DNA of 64,000 bases. Source: a virus. Positions 44,822 to 54,170 of this stretch are shown piece after piece. Location: IMG/VR virus record IMGVR_UViG_3300031519_004559; one strand, given 5' to 3'. The notes beneath the pieces are model-generated. The model worked only from the letters and a program-made list of their open reading frames with translations. It was not told the DNA's origin and made no database searches. Both the position numbers and the translations under genes were made by a program. The first letter of the stretch is position 1. Each line of letters begins with the position of its first letter.

Positions 44822-45952
44822 TTATTTCCTAAAAACATAAACACCCTCAAACTTTTCTCGCCCGGCTAGTTTTTGATTACCAACTCCTGGTCGGGTGTTA
44901 AGCATCATTTTAATTGTGTTTACATGTTTAAAGCCTATACGCTCCGCGGTAGCAATCCAATCTTCTACAACTTTAAATTCTTTGCTTCCGTAGGTTTTAT
45001 AATCTGCAATATTTGTAGCAAATATTCCGTCGCTGTTAAGGCCTTTATATATGTTCTCAATAGTAGGTTCAACGTAGCCACCAAACCAATCTTCAAGAGT
45101 TTTATAACGTACCATACATTGTGTATCTTCATCTGAATATTTTTCTAAGTTAAAATACGGTGGAGAACTAAATGCAAGATCTATATCAGTAGGTTGGTAA
45201 TCTTCACTAACACTTTGTATAATGTTTCCCTTTACACCAACTGCTTCATTAATGCACTCATTAAAGTAGTTTAAGTACTTTATAGTTTCTGTATTAGGCT
45301 CAACGCCAGTGTAATTATATTTCATGTTACTAGCGCCTATGCCTAATAACCGTCCTCCGTAGCCGCAACTATAATCATATACATTTCCCCATATCACCGG
45401 ACATAGTTCTTCAACAATAGCTCTAGCATTTTGAGGTTTAAAGTTTTGTACGTTTTCACCTGTAACAAGTTCTAATGCTCTACGTAATGCTGTAGGATAA
45501 GCTAAGTGATTTCCTTCACGCATTTCATAACAAATGCGTATAGCTCTCTTTAACTTTTTGTCATCAAAAAATCTATCACGTAAACTGTTACTACCTCTAC
45601 CTTTAGGCTCAGCCGTCATCATGTTAGTAAACAAAAAACGACTAAGAGGCTGACCCCTATTATTTCCTAAACTTATTCTGCTATCTTTCACACCGTTGTA
45701 ACTAGTATCTTTAAAGTCACGTATTGCCCGTATAATGCCCTTTTCTGTAAAATAGATAATGGGCACTAGATTTATGGATCGATAAATGTCAAAGATACTA
45801 GATACTGTGCCGTCAGGGTCTTTATTGAAGGCCGGTTTATCAAATTTGTCTAATTGGTCATATACTGACTCATACCCAGTAAACTCGTCACCGTGAATGT
45901 TCTTAGCACCAATTCCCCAAAAGTCGTGTATTTCTTGTAACGTCGACGACAT
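44822..45952 (-). CDS. DNA amino-methyltransferase (N4-C/N6-A)
   Basis: DYSCGYGGRLLG SAM motif, FSSPPY catalytic motif. Confidence 0.85.
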   Translation of the reverse strand: MSSTLQEIHDFWGIGAKNIHGDEFTGYESVYDQLDKFDKPAFNKDPDGTVSSIFDIYRSINLVPIIYFTEKGIIRAIRDFKDTSYNGVKDSRISLGNNRGQPLSRFLFTNMMTAEPKGRGSNSLRDRFFDDKKLKRAIRICYEMREGNHLAYPTALRRALELVTGENVQNFKPQNARAIVEELCPVIWGNVYDYSCGYGGRLLGIGASNMKYNYTGVEPNTETIKYLNYFNECINEAVGVKGNIIQSVSEDYQPTDIDLAFSSPPYFNLEKYSDEDTQCMVRYKTLEDWFGGYVEPTIENIYKGLNSDGIFATNIADYKTYGSKEFKVVEDWIATAERIGFKHVNTIKMMLNTRPGVGNQKLAGREKFEGVYVFRK

Positions 45953-46629
45953 TAGATCTCTTTAGCTAACGGAAAGATTTCAGCAATAACTTTAGCACAG
46001 GCATGTGCAATATCCATATGTTCTTTTTGTGTACCATTAGAACCGCGGAGTTCTATATAGTGTACCCAACTACGAATACTACCTTGCATATACAAACGTG
46101 ACTTAGTTAAGCCTTCTGGCAAAACTTTACGAGCTTGTTCTTTAGCAATACCATTTTCAATTGCCCAGTCATATGCATCTTTTGCGGCATCAATTACTCT
46201 TTGTTGTTTATTTTTCCAAGTGCCTTGGAGAATAGCATGTCCATCACTTTCAGGATCTAAGTCAACAGAGTTCTGCCTGTTCTTAGGATCTTGCAAACGT
46301 GCTTCACTTATTACAAACTGATCACCCATACTTGCTGGATCAGCATACCGTTGACTAAATTCTTGAAACGCAAAACTACGATGTCGAACAACCTGGTGTG
46401 CAATATCTCGAGTGGTATCAATTTCCAATGTGGCGTTAACCATTTCAAGTGGTGACCAATGTTGGTGTTTGATCAAATACTTAATCAAACGTTTACTTGT
46501 TTCTGTATTAATTTGTGCTGTAGGGTTTGACACTTTTGCACAAAATGCAATAAGTTCTTGTAGGTCTGTTAATCCTTCTGCTTCAAATTCGTCTGTTGCT
46601 TTTGAATAGCATACTAATCGAACTGTCAT
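45952..46629 (-). CDS. thyX: Flavin-dependent thymidylate synthase
   Basis: HWSPLE, RHRSFAFQEFSQRY, EQAR..LP, TQKEH. Confidence 0.95.
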   Translation of the reverse strand: MTVRLVCYSKATDEFEAEGLTDLQELIAFCAKVSNPTAQINTETSKRLIKYLIKHQHWSPLEMVNATLEIDTTRDIAHQVVRHRSFAFQEFSQRYADPASMGDQFVISEARLQDPKNRQNSVDLDPESDGHAILQGTWKNKQQRVIDAAKDAYDWAIENGIAKEQARKVLPEGLTKSRLYMQGSIRSWVHYIELRGSNGTQKEHMDIAHACAKVIAEIFPLAKEI

Positions 46630-46814
46630 TCTGGGTGTTCTCCTTTTAAATTTTTAATCCTAGCATTAATAAAATTAATTGTTGTGTGTATATGGCCACT
46701 GCCAGATAGCTGCAACAATGTTCTATAATATGCAATTTCTTCTTCTAGTACGTTAATGCGTACTAGATCATTTATTAATTTTCTATTTTCAGTCGCCTTG
46801 ACCTGGTTGTTCAC
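46626..46814 (-). CDS. Hypothetical protein
   Basis: Small coupled ORF. Confidence 0.45.
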   Translation of the reverse strand: MNNQVKATENRKLINDLVRINVLEEEIAYYRTLLQLSGSGHIHTTINFINARIKNLKGEHPE

Positions 46815-47142
46815 TAAAATGATCCTCTAATTTATTTGGTACTCCGTCCCACTCAGTTGCGTCAGGAGGGACATCATCGGGCCGGGCTACAGTAATGTTT
46901 GGCCACTCGTCTGAATAACGTTGATTAAATATTTCCCAGTACGCTGACTTATCTGGATCTAATGCATTATCGGCCACAATAGCATCAGCAGGACACTCGG
47001 GTTCACATACTCCGCAATCAATACATTCCATAGGATTGATTACCAGCATGTTCTCGCCTTCGTAAAAACAGTCTACAGGACATACTTCTACGCATGTCAT
47101 GTGTTTACATTTAATACAATTTTCTGTTACTAGATATGTCAT
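46789..47142 (-). CDS. fdxA: 7Fe ferredoxin
   Basis: [29 protein letters not shown]. Confidence 0.93.
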   Translation of the reverse strand: MTYLVTENCIKCKHMTCVEVCPVDCFYEGENMLVINPMECIDCGVCEPECPADAIVADNALDPDKSAYWEIFNQRYSDEWPNITVARPDDVPPDATEWDGVPNKLEDHFSEQPGQGD

Positions 47143-47549
47143 AGTTTTCCTTCATCTCTAAGTCTGTTTCTAATTTGCGTAGCACTAATACTATGTATCT
47201 CTTTGCCTAAGTCGTGCTCTGTAAATGTATATCCTACACCACGACCGTAGCTAATGTCTACAATGTTTGGTACTTGCATTGTAACATATTCGTTGCCGCG
47301 TGTAAAGCCCGCATTATGTAATCCTTCTTCGATTCCGTCTACTACATAATCAAAACTAAAAGGATTGTCATCTTGTACAACTGTACGTCCACCACCTGCA
47401 TCTTCGCCTACAATACCGCCTACGTCACGAATCATAATACATACTTGGCCTGTTTCTGCTAATGCACGTTTAAACAATTCGGTGTGACCGTCATGCCATG
47501 GTTGCCATCTACCCAACATTTGTGCAGTCGGTTTTTTCCAATCAAACAT
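47139..47549 (-). CDS. Small HxGH nucleotidyltransferase
   Basis: [17 protein letters not shown]. Confidence 0.8.
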   Translation of the reverse strand: MFDWKKPTAQMLGRWQPWHDGHTELFKRALAETGQVCIMIRDVGGIVGEDAGGGRTVVQDDNPFSFDYVVDGIEEGLHNAGFTRGNEYVTMQVPNIVDISYGRGVGYTFTEHDLGKEIHSISATQIRNRLRDEGKL

Positions 47550-47967
47550 TTTTCCTACCCATGTAACTTTTTACTACGTCTATTAATTGTTGGTGTGTGT
47601 CATTAAACCATTGTGCAACATGGTAGTCATATTCTACAGGCGCTTGGAACATCTTATTGGTATCTTCAAAACGTCCCTTTTGGATAGTGTCCATCCACAC
47701 AGTAAAGTCTGGATTAAACTCTGCTCGAGCTTCTTCAGTTGGGCACACAAAGTCTGCTATTGCAATCTTGCCAGCCATAACAACTCCATCTGCCAAGAAC
47801 TTCATACGCATTGCTTGACGCATACGACCTTCTGGACTAAAGTCCCAGTCGTCGTATTGTTTTCTAACAGCATCAGCGTTAATCCAAACGCCGCCAATGA
47901 GTTTTGCAAACGGCTCGGCTAGTGTGCTCTTGCCGCTTCCAGGTAATCCAAATATTAATATCTTCAT
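47542..47967 (-). CDS. cysC: Adenylyl-sulfate kinase-like P-loop kinase
   Basis: GLPGSGKST, NADAVR, DFSPEGR, FVCP. Confidence 0.7.
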   Translation of the reverse strand: MKILIFGLPGSGKSTLAEPFAKLIGGVWINADAVRKQYDDWDFSPEGRMRQAMRMKFLADGVVMAGKIAIADFVCPTEEARAEFNPDFTVWMDTIQKGRFEDTNKMFQAPVEYDYHVAQWFNDTHQQLIDVVKSYMGRKNV

Positions 47968-48881
47968 TACAGTCTTGCTAGTCGAATTAGCGTAGCTGCT
48001 AAATTAATCTCCGGATCAACAACTAGCGTATGATCAACTAGACCTTGCTTAATAACAAGTACGGCAGTGTCTTGTTTTTCTTCATCACCAAACAACTCAA
48101 TGTTATCATATAGCCAGCGATAGATCTCTTCCATCTCTTCTGGACGAACTGCACCACATAGTAGTTTACGTGCTTCTGCAATCTTACCATCTTTAAATAA
48201 TTCAACCATATCTAGCTTCCAGTCTTGTTCACCAGTATCGCCTTCGTTAGGTTTAAGTAAGCTATTATCTTGTACATTCATTTGTACAGTGTTAATGCAC
48301 TTACGTAGGTCTGGGTAAGTTGCTTTTACATAAGTGTCGAGTGTATCTAAGTCTGGAGTTACGCCTTCTGTAATAAGTATCTCTGCAACACGAGCAGTAA
48401 ACTCAGTTTGGTCAATTTTAGCAATATGAAAGCCTTGACAACGACTGTGTATAGCAGGAATAATTCTGTTAGGATAGTTACACGTCATAATAAAACGTGC
48501 TGTTGTGTGATACTCTTCCATCACTCCACGTAGTGCGGCTTGGGCGTTAGGCGACAAATAGTCAGCCTCATCAAGTAGTACAACTTTAAAGTCACCAAAC
48601 GGAATCATTTGTACAAAGTTAACAATTTTGTCACGTACATCGTCTACACTGTTAGTGCGACTTGCGTTAATCTCTAAGATATCTAACGGATTAAGATCAA
48701 GTTCGTTGAACAACAGTTTAGCAAGAGTAGTCTTACCAATACCTGCATTGCCACTAAACAGCAAATGCGGAATAGTCTTTTCTTTAATCCAAGTGTTTAC
48801 TTGGTTTCGCTGTGCATCATCACGAAACACGTATCCGTCAACTGTTGCTGGACGGTATTTTTCTACCCATAATTCTTTCAT
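47967..48881 (-). CDS. Clamp loader ATPase (RFC small subunit/gp44-like)
   Basis: WVEKYRP, GNAGIGKT, NAS, DEAD, SRC. Confidence 0.95.
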   Translation of the reverse strand: MKELWVEKYRPATVDGYVFRDDAQRNQVNTWIKEKTIPHLLFSGNAGIGKTTLAKLLFNELDLNPLDILEINASRTNSVDDVRDKIVNFVQMIPFGDFKVVLLDEADYLSPNAQAALRGVMEEYHTTARFIMTCNYPNRIIPAIHSRCQGFHIAKIDQTEFTARVAEILITEGVTPDLDTLDTYVKATYPDLRKCINTVQMNVQDNSLLKPNEGDTGEQDWKLDMVELFKDGKIAEARKLLCGAVRPEEMEEIYRWLYDNIELFGDEEKQDTAVLVIKQGLVDHTLVVDPEINLAATLIRLARL

Positions 48882-49699
48882 TCGCTAGCCTTTGTTATCA
48901 TATTAATGTTATCACTAATTATAGCATCAAACTCACCGTCTGTCAAGCTATAATATAAATCTTGGCTTAATGCTCTGCTAAAACTAGCACTTACATCATT
49001 ATTAAGTCCAAGTCTGTTACATGCTTCTGCTGTGCTGTATCCGCCACTTAGGAAGACAACCTTGCGTACATTACGATGTACTGTTAGGTTGTGATACAAG
49101 TTAGGTACTTCAGGAGGTGTTAGTTTAAGAATAACTTTAAATTTCTTCTCATTTAAAAACTTCTCTAATAGTTTGTATAGTTCTTGTTCGACCAGTTCTT
49201 TCTCAGGATGATCAATAGGTACTTCAGGTTCGATGATAGGCACAAGTCCGTAACTGCAAATAGTTTCTGCTAGTTGAAACTGTTGTGTAAGAATTGCTCT
49301 AACCATGTCTACACTTTTAACAATACTACGCATCTTTGTGCCGTAGATTTGTGCGCCAATAGATCCGTTTTCTGGTGTGCGTTTAGTTGCCCATTCTAAC
49401 ATTTGCTTTACTGGAAACTGTTTAAGCATACCGCTTTCTTCACATCCGCTGTCAATCTTTAGAAACGAATCGATACCCATGTCATCCAAGATGTTAACCA
49501 TGCCGCGTGTGACTGTGTCTTGGTAGAGGATTGCTCCCCAGATGTTTTTGTCGTTGAAGTCAGGTGAGTTAACCATACGCATACGCATTTCGTGTACACG
49601 ATCCATTTTGTTATCTTCTGTGTACTCACGACCATAACGTTCTAGTACGCCACCTGTTGAACCACCACTGTGGTCCATTGCTGCTATAAATCTACTCAT
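48878..49699 (-). CDS. fda: Class I fructose-bisphosphate aldolase
   Basis: FIAAMDHSGGST, FLKIDSG, GTKMRS, PIIEPEV, LSGGYS, ASFSRAL. Confidence 0.9.
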   Translation of the reverse strand: MSRFIAAMDHSGGSTGGVLERYGREYTEDNKMDRVHEMRMRMVNSPDFNDKNIWGAILYQDTVTRGMVNILDDMGIDSFLKIDSGCEESGMLKQFPVKQMLEWATKRTPENGSIGAQIYGTKMRSIVKSVDMVRAILTQQFQLAETICSYGLVPIIEPEVPIDHPEKELVEQELYKLLEKFLNEKKFKVILKLTPPEVPNLYHNLTVHRNVRKVVFLSGGYSTAEACNRLGLNNDVSASFSRALSQDLYYSLTDGEFDAIISDNINMITKASE

Positions 49700-49856
49700 C
49701 CATATTCTCCAAAACTAAACATTGATTGTATTCAACTACGTATCCACAAGCACGAAGGAAGTTTTGAAACTCTTCAAGAACATTATCCATAGACGCATGT
49801 TCTGCCATTTCTATTTCAATCTTTGTGCCGTCACTGTGTTGGTGTGTAAACTTCAT
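49692..49856 (-). CDS. Small hypothetical protein (54 aa, absent from the ORF track)
   Basis: MKFTHQHSDG...VLEEFQNFLRACGY; fills the gap and overlaps the fda start. Confidence 0.55.
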   Translation of the reverse strand: MKFTHQHSDGTKIEIEMAEHASMDNVLEEFQNFLRACGYVVEYNQCLVLENMDE

Positions 49857-50034
49857 TCTTCTTCCCATCTTGTTTCTTTAGTTCAGCTTGATAAGCATCA
49901 GCAGCATCACTGGCAAGGCGGTGAGCGGCGTTAGCGGCAGCATTAGCAGCATAACCAAAAGCAGCATCAGCAGTAGCATCTAATGTCTCAGCAAAAGCCT
50001 TTAGTTCTTCTAGCTTAGTCATGATATAATCCAA
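49831..50034 (-). CDS. Ala-rich small protein
   Basis: Low-complexity ORF in the operon. Confidence 0.4.
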   Translation of the reverse strand: MDYIMTKLEELKAFAETLDATADAAFGYAANAAANAAHRLASDAADAYQAELKKQDGKKNEVYTPTQ

Positions 50035-50360
50035 TCCATATTCATCCAGTCTGTATCTTCTGGCATCATCTCAACTTTGTCGCCATGCATACCTTGTAAC
50101 TGTTTCCAAATACCAGCATTGTTCATCCTCAGTGTGTACGACTCTTTATAACAACGATATCGAGACCCACTAGCACCATGGAAGTAGTAGCACTCTTCGT
50201 CCTCTTCTACCTTTGTAATGCCACTGTTCATACGCCAACTGTCGCCATCCAAGTAACCGCCTGATGTCCCAACAAGCGCCTTATAGAAGATACCGTGTTC
50301 TTCAGTATTAAACTTTATAACTACCCAATTGTCACAGTTATAATCACTCATACCTTCCAC
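50019..50360 (-). CDS. Conserved-type phage hypothetical protein
   Basis: DNWVV, GGYLDGDSWRMNSGI, GASGSRY. Confidence 0.65.
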   Translation of the reverse strand: MEGMSDYNCDNWVVIKFNTEEHGIFYKALVGTSGGYLDGDSWRMNSGITKVEEDEECYYFHGASGSRYRCYKESYTLRMNNAGIWKQLQGMHGDKVEMMPEDTDWMNMDWIIS

Positions 50361-50554
50361 TCCTTTTCTTCTTCCAATGCATATTGTACTGCTTGGTAAT
50401 AGTCTGTGTCTTCATCGTTCATATGTGCAAAGTATAATCCTGCCGAAGACATTAGTTTATGAATTTCTGATCCTGGTTCTAAATGGGTATTACTTTCCAT
50501 TATGGCCTGGATCTTGTCCATTGTTCCTTTGATCTTCGTTTGGATCTTACTCAT
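50348..50554 (-). CDS. Hypothetical protein
   Basis: Start reassigned to MSKIQ. Confidence 0.5.
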   Translation of the reverse strand: MSKIQTKIKGTMDKIQAIMESNTHLEPGSEIHKLMSSAGLYFAHMNDEDTDYYQAVQYALEEEKEWKV

Positions 50555-50843
50555 GTTCGCCGCCGTTAGCACGACCATTATAAGCGCCAAATACATTTGG
50601 CTTACGTTTTGCTGTTTCAAATGTTGCTACTGTTATTGCGATTGCGGCTAGTAGTAATACGTGTAGAAGCATACTAATAACACCTGCCCACATACTGCCT
50701 ACAATAATAGCAAACACAATACACCACATCCATGCAAGTACTTGCATAATCATATGTCGTGTGCTAAAGTCTGGAATTGCACTCAACGGATTCTTTTCGT
50801 GATCCATTACTACATTCCAACAATCGTATACCCATTCTCTCAT
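50547..50843 (-). CDS. Membrane protein
   Basis: Two TM helices; ATGA-coupled start MREWV. Confidence 0.6.
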   Translation of the reverse strand: MREWVYDCWNVVMDHEKNPLSAIPDFSTRHMIMQVLAWMWCIVFAIIVGSMWAGVISMLLHVLLLAAIAITVATFETAKRKPNVFGAYNGRANGGEHE

Positions 50844-50974
50844 TTGTTTAGCATCCTCATACAAGTAAATACACTATTTTCATCCAAGCAATCACTCCAG
50901 ATGTGATTTAAATAATATGCTATGCCGGCAATAAAGATAATTGCAGCAGCACCGTAAATAAGTTTCTCAATCAT
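50840..50974 (-). CDS. Small membrane peptide (44 aa, absent from the ORF track)
   Basis: MIEKLIYGAAAIIFIAGIAYY...; ATGA overlaps at both ends. Confidence 0.55.
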   Translation of the reverse strand: MIEKLIYGAAAIIFIAGIAYYLNHIWSDCLDENSVFTCMRMLNK

Positions 50975-51303
50975 TCGTAGCTTTCTCCTGTTTCGCGAAA
51001 GAAGTTTTCACTCCAAAACGCCTTGTCGTCAATCCAAACATCATAGTGTTCTTTCTTACCAACACTAAGTTCGTGATGCTTTGCACCCCATTCTACTAAT
51101 TGATTGTGTGTTAGTCTATAATAGTCTATACCACTTACAGCACCACGAGCTGTCATATATTTAATTGTGTGTCCTGCATCATATAATGCATTTACTTTTG
51201 CAATACGATCCATCATAGGTTCGTGTATTGCATAATTCTTTGAGCCGTCTGCATTAAATACTTCATTACAGATCGTTCCGTCTATATCAATTACATATTT
51301 CAA
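50971..51303 (-). CDS. Minimal HAD phosphatase
   Basis: IDIDGTI, TARG, GK, IDDK. Confidence 0.8.
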   Translation of the reverse strand: MKYVIDIDGTICNEVFNADGSKNYAIHEPMMDRIAKVNALYDAGHTIKYMTARGAVSGIDYYRLTHNQLVEWGAKHHELSVGKKEHYDVWIDDKAFWSENFFRETGESYE

Positions 51304-51307
51304 TTAA

Positions 51308-51880
51308 CTACTTCCCTGTGACAATTTCATATATTTCTTTCCAACCGTTTGCTCTAACAAGTCCTGGATACTCAAAATCTTTGTTATATGGGTGTGTAAT
51401 AAGAATAGACTTATGTCCAGCTTTAATACCAGCTACTGCATTTTCTGGCTTATCTTCAATCCACCAATGTCCGGGTTCCCACTGTTTTAAGTATTCGTCT
51501 TTGTCTGCGCCTGTTTCAATACATTGGCAACTTGTAAATGCAGCTCCAAAATGATCTAACAAATTCAAGCTCCTTGCCTTGCCAGCATATTCATCAGTAC
51601 TCATAGAAGTGAGGCCAGCAAATTGATATCCTTCTCGCCTCAACTCCATTGCGTATTCAACAGCGCCTTCCATAGGAGTTAAGTAGCCCATCCATGCACT
51701 TTCGTTAAATTGGATGATTAATTCATCTGCCCAACTTTTTGAAATGCTATAGCGCACTGCTTGACTGTATACATCCGGTACTTCAACTTTAAATTTTTTA
51801 GATGCCATCCACCTAGTAAATGCAGTATCCCACCTAAGGAATACTCCGTCAATATCTGTTAAAATTAATTTTTCATTCAT
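51308..51880 (-). CDS. HAD 5'-nucleotidase-like protein
   Basis: TDIDGV, TS, K, IEDKPEN, HPYN. Confidence 0.8.
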   Translation of the reverse strand: MNEKLILTDIDGVFLRWDTAFTRWMASKKFKVEVPDVYSQAVRYSISKSWADELIIQFNESAWMGYLTPMEGAVEYAMELRREGYQFAGLTSMSTDEYAGKARSLNLLDHFGAAFTSCQCIETGADKDEYLKQWEPGHWWIEDKPENAVAGIKAGHKSILITHPYNKDFEYPGLVRANGWKEIYEIVTGK

Positions 51881-52413
51881 CGTTTAATGCCTAATTCCTT
51901 GTATGCAATTTGAATTGCTTTTGACTGATAGTATGCATCGGCTAATGCGTTGTGTAAATTGCTTTGCATTCCTTTGCGTGGATCCTTCTCACAACAGCTA
52001 AAAAGGGTCCTAGAATCCCGTATAATCCAAAAGTTCCACGGAATCGGCTTTCCGCTGCTACGGAACATGTCTTCTAGTATGGTATAGTCAAAACCGTAAC
52101 CTTGTCCCCATAATGTATCAACACCAACACAAAATTTACTAATTTGGCGTAGAGCTTCATCTACACTTACTGCGCCTGTTTGATCAAACGCTTCTTCCAT
52201 AATAGCAGGATCTTGTTTGCCCCACCATTCAATAGTGCTGTTACTAGCTGTACGTCCGAGCGCATCTTGCTCGTCAATATTAATTTTTAAGTAAAGCTCT
52301 GAGTGTGGTTCACTGTTGTCTAACGCATTGAATTTAACTGCACCTAATGATAGGACAGTTGCGCTTGGACTAGTATCAATAGTCTCTAAATCAATAGTTG
52401 CATGTGTTGTCAA
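51877..52413 (-). CDS. DEDDh 3'-5' exonuclease (DexA-like)
   Basis: IDLET, G.GFD, RDSRT, HNALADA; TTG start. Confidence 0.85.
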   Translation of the reverse strand: MTTHATIDLETIDTSPSATVLSLGAVKFNALDNSEPHSELYLKINIDEQDALGRTASNSTIEWWGKQDPAIMEEAFDQTGAVSVDEALRQISKFCVGVDTLWGQGYGFDYTILEDMFRSSGKPIPWNFWIIRDSRTLFSCCEKDPRKGMQSNLHNALADAYYQSKAIQIAYKELGIKR

Positions 52414-52439
52414 AAGAAAACTCCTTAGTTATTACATAC

Positions 52440-52468
52440 ATTATAGCACATAGTAACTAAGGAGTCAA
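52440..52468 (-). promoter_or_regulatory. Sigma70-type promoter (exonuclease operon)
   Basis: TTGACT-17-TATAAT. Confidence 0.85.
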
Positions 52469-52487
52469 GTAGTTTTTTTAAATTATT

Positions 52488-52844
52488 TTACTTAATAAAC
52501 TGTGCTAGTTGCGGTGCTTTCCAACCTTGCGGCTTTAGTACTTTACCGTCTTCACGCTTAATTACTTTACTGGTTGTAGGATCAATCTTTGCAAAGTTTG
52601 TGTTCATTACTTCTTTCCAGGCAGCTTCACCGTCCCAACCTGCAGCACGGATTGCACCCATGGTAACAACGAGGATGTCAACTAGTGCATCAAGTTGTTC
52701 TACTTTGTCGTGCGTTCTAAGTGCTTTTTGAAGTTCAATATACTCTTCGTCTATTAGATCAAGGTACATATTGTAGTTTGCTTCACTTGCTGGTTGGTCA
52801 CATGCTGTTGCAAACATGTCTACATCGTTAAATGGATTAGTCAT
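52488..52844 (-). CDS. MazG-like NTP pyrophosphohydrolase
   Basis: LIDEEYIEL, EQLDALVD, REDGKVLKP. Confidence 0.85.
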   Translation of the reverse strand: MTNPFNDVDMFATACDQPASEANYNMYLDLIDEEYIELQKALRTHDKVEQLDALVDILVVTMGAIRAAGWDGEAAWKEVMNTNFAKIDPTTSKVIKREDGKVLKPQGWKAPQLAQFIK

Positions 52845-53263
52845 TATGCTATTTGTCCTGATGAATTTACAAAGTCTTGTGGGTTTACTGTAGCATGTTC
52901 ACCGTCGCCATATTCTCCACCTATCTGTACGTCATTTGGTTTAGTTTCTGAATATGCTAAGACACATTCAGCATCTACCATTCGAACTTCAATTTCACCG
53001 TCTGGAGTTTCTATAGTCATTCCACGAGTCCAACGACCATGTTCTACTAGAATCCATTGACCTACACTATAGTCATCCTCATTAATTGGACCTTTGGAAT
53101 AAACTTTACCCCAACGAGGATAAATGCCTCGAGTTGAGCCGTTGTCGTCTTTAATAATTAGACCACCTTTTGATTTTTGTTCTCCAAAGTGCATATCACT
53201 TACTAGAACTCTATCACCGATAGCTCTCGGAGTACCTTTAATTGTATTTAAATTTAACGCCAT
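52844..53263 (-). CDS. groES: GroES-like co-chaperonin
   Basis: AIGDRVLV, KSKGGLII, GKVYSKGP. Confidence 0.8.
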   Translation of the reverse strand: MALNLNTIKGTPRAIGDRVLVSDMHFGEQKSKGGLIIKDDNGSTRGIYPRWGKVYSKGPINEDDYSVGQWILVEHGRWTRGMTIETPDGEIEVRMVDAECVLAYSETKPNDVQIGGEYGDGEHATVNPQDFVNSSGQIA

Positions 53264-53266
53264 TTG

Positions 53267-53602
53267 TTAATTACCTTTTTGTACAAAATTTCCGTCAGTG
53301 TCTTCTTCCCATTCGTCATCTTCGCCGATAACTAGTACATCGTTTTCGTCCTCGAGACTGTCCTTAGACTTGGCTACAGCAATTTCATCAGGTACACCCG
53401 GATGTTCTTTTTGGTAATCAGCAAGAATCTGTTCTCTAGTTTTAACAATAGTTCCACCAGGTCCTAGTTCGTCACCGCGAGCATTAACTTTGGCATTACC
53501 TACTGCTGGTGTTAACTCATTTTTTTGACGTAGCAAGTCCATATCGACTTGTTTGCCTTGCATTGATTTGTAGACTTTACGTCCTGTTTGTTTCATTGGC
53601 AT
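53267..53602 (-). CDS. Hypothetical late protein
   Basis: Strong SD; late promoter; AVGNAKVNARGDELG. Confidence 0.65.
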   Translation of the reverse strand: MPMKQTGRKVYKSMQGKQVDMDLLRQKNELTPAVGNAKVNARGDELGPGGTIVKTREQILADYQKEHPGVPDEIAVAKSKDSLEDENDVLVIGEDDEWEEDTDGNFVQKGN

Positions 53603-53627
53603 TGTAATACCTCCTTAGTTATAATAG

Positions 53628-53635
53628 TACTTATC
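53628..53635 (-). promoter_or_regulatory. Late-type promoter (groES operon)
   Basis: GATAAGTA upstream of the SD. Confidence 0.6.
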
Positions 53636-54164
53636 TTAGGAACTCTCTCCAGTCCAGGTCAAACTGGATTGAATCAATTCTATGTACACCTATTAAGTAT
53701 AGCACATAACTTGCTACACTACTACCTCTTCCTACACCCCAAACAATATCATTCTCTCGCATAAAGTCTACAAGATAAATCATGTAGCGTAGTAAGTCAA
53801 GCATGCCACGTGCTTCGTACTCACGTAGTTCTTCCCATATACGTTCTTGATGGGGAATTTCCTCACAGGGCGTTTCTGCTTTACCTAATACATATTTGAA
53901 TACATTAAGATCTTTATATTCATCAGGCATAAACCACTCAGACTGTAATGCATTGTCAAAGTCTTTTTGTTCTACATCAATTGGTATATACTGTTTAAGT
54001 TCGGGCAAGTACTGATCTCGCATTGCTTCGTTGAATTTATCTATGTCATCACTAGGATCACATAGTACCACATGACATTTGTCCACATGACCGGTATAGA
54101 TCATATCAATAAGATCTTTATTCGAGAATCGCGGAATACCTAGTTTGTCTGTTTTCATAAGCAT
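53631..54164 (-). CDS. Stand-alone fragment of DNA polymerase III alpha (DnaE) NTPase region
   Basis: GVGRGSSVASYVLYLIGVHRID...EFLR matches the DnaE GPGRGS...FERFL motif. Confidence 0.75.
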   Translation of the reverse strand: MLMKTDKLGIPRFSNKDLIDMIYTGHVDKCHVVLCDPSDDIDKFNEAMRDQYLPELKQYIPIDVEQKDFDNALQSEWFMPDEYKDLNVFKYVLGKAETPCEEIPHQERIWEELREYEARGMLDLLRYMIYLVDFMRENDIVWGVGRGSSVASYVLYLIGVHRIDSIQFDLDWREFLR

Positions 54165-54170
54165 ACATGT

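Noticed and set aside
44822-45952. Methylase as part of a restriction-modification system
   Set aside because: No adjacent endonuclease; flanked by thyX and phoH, so an orphan protective methylase is more likely.
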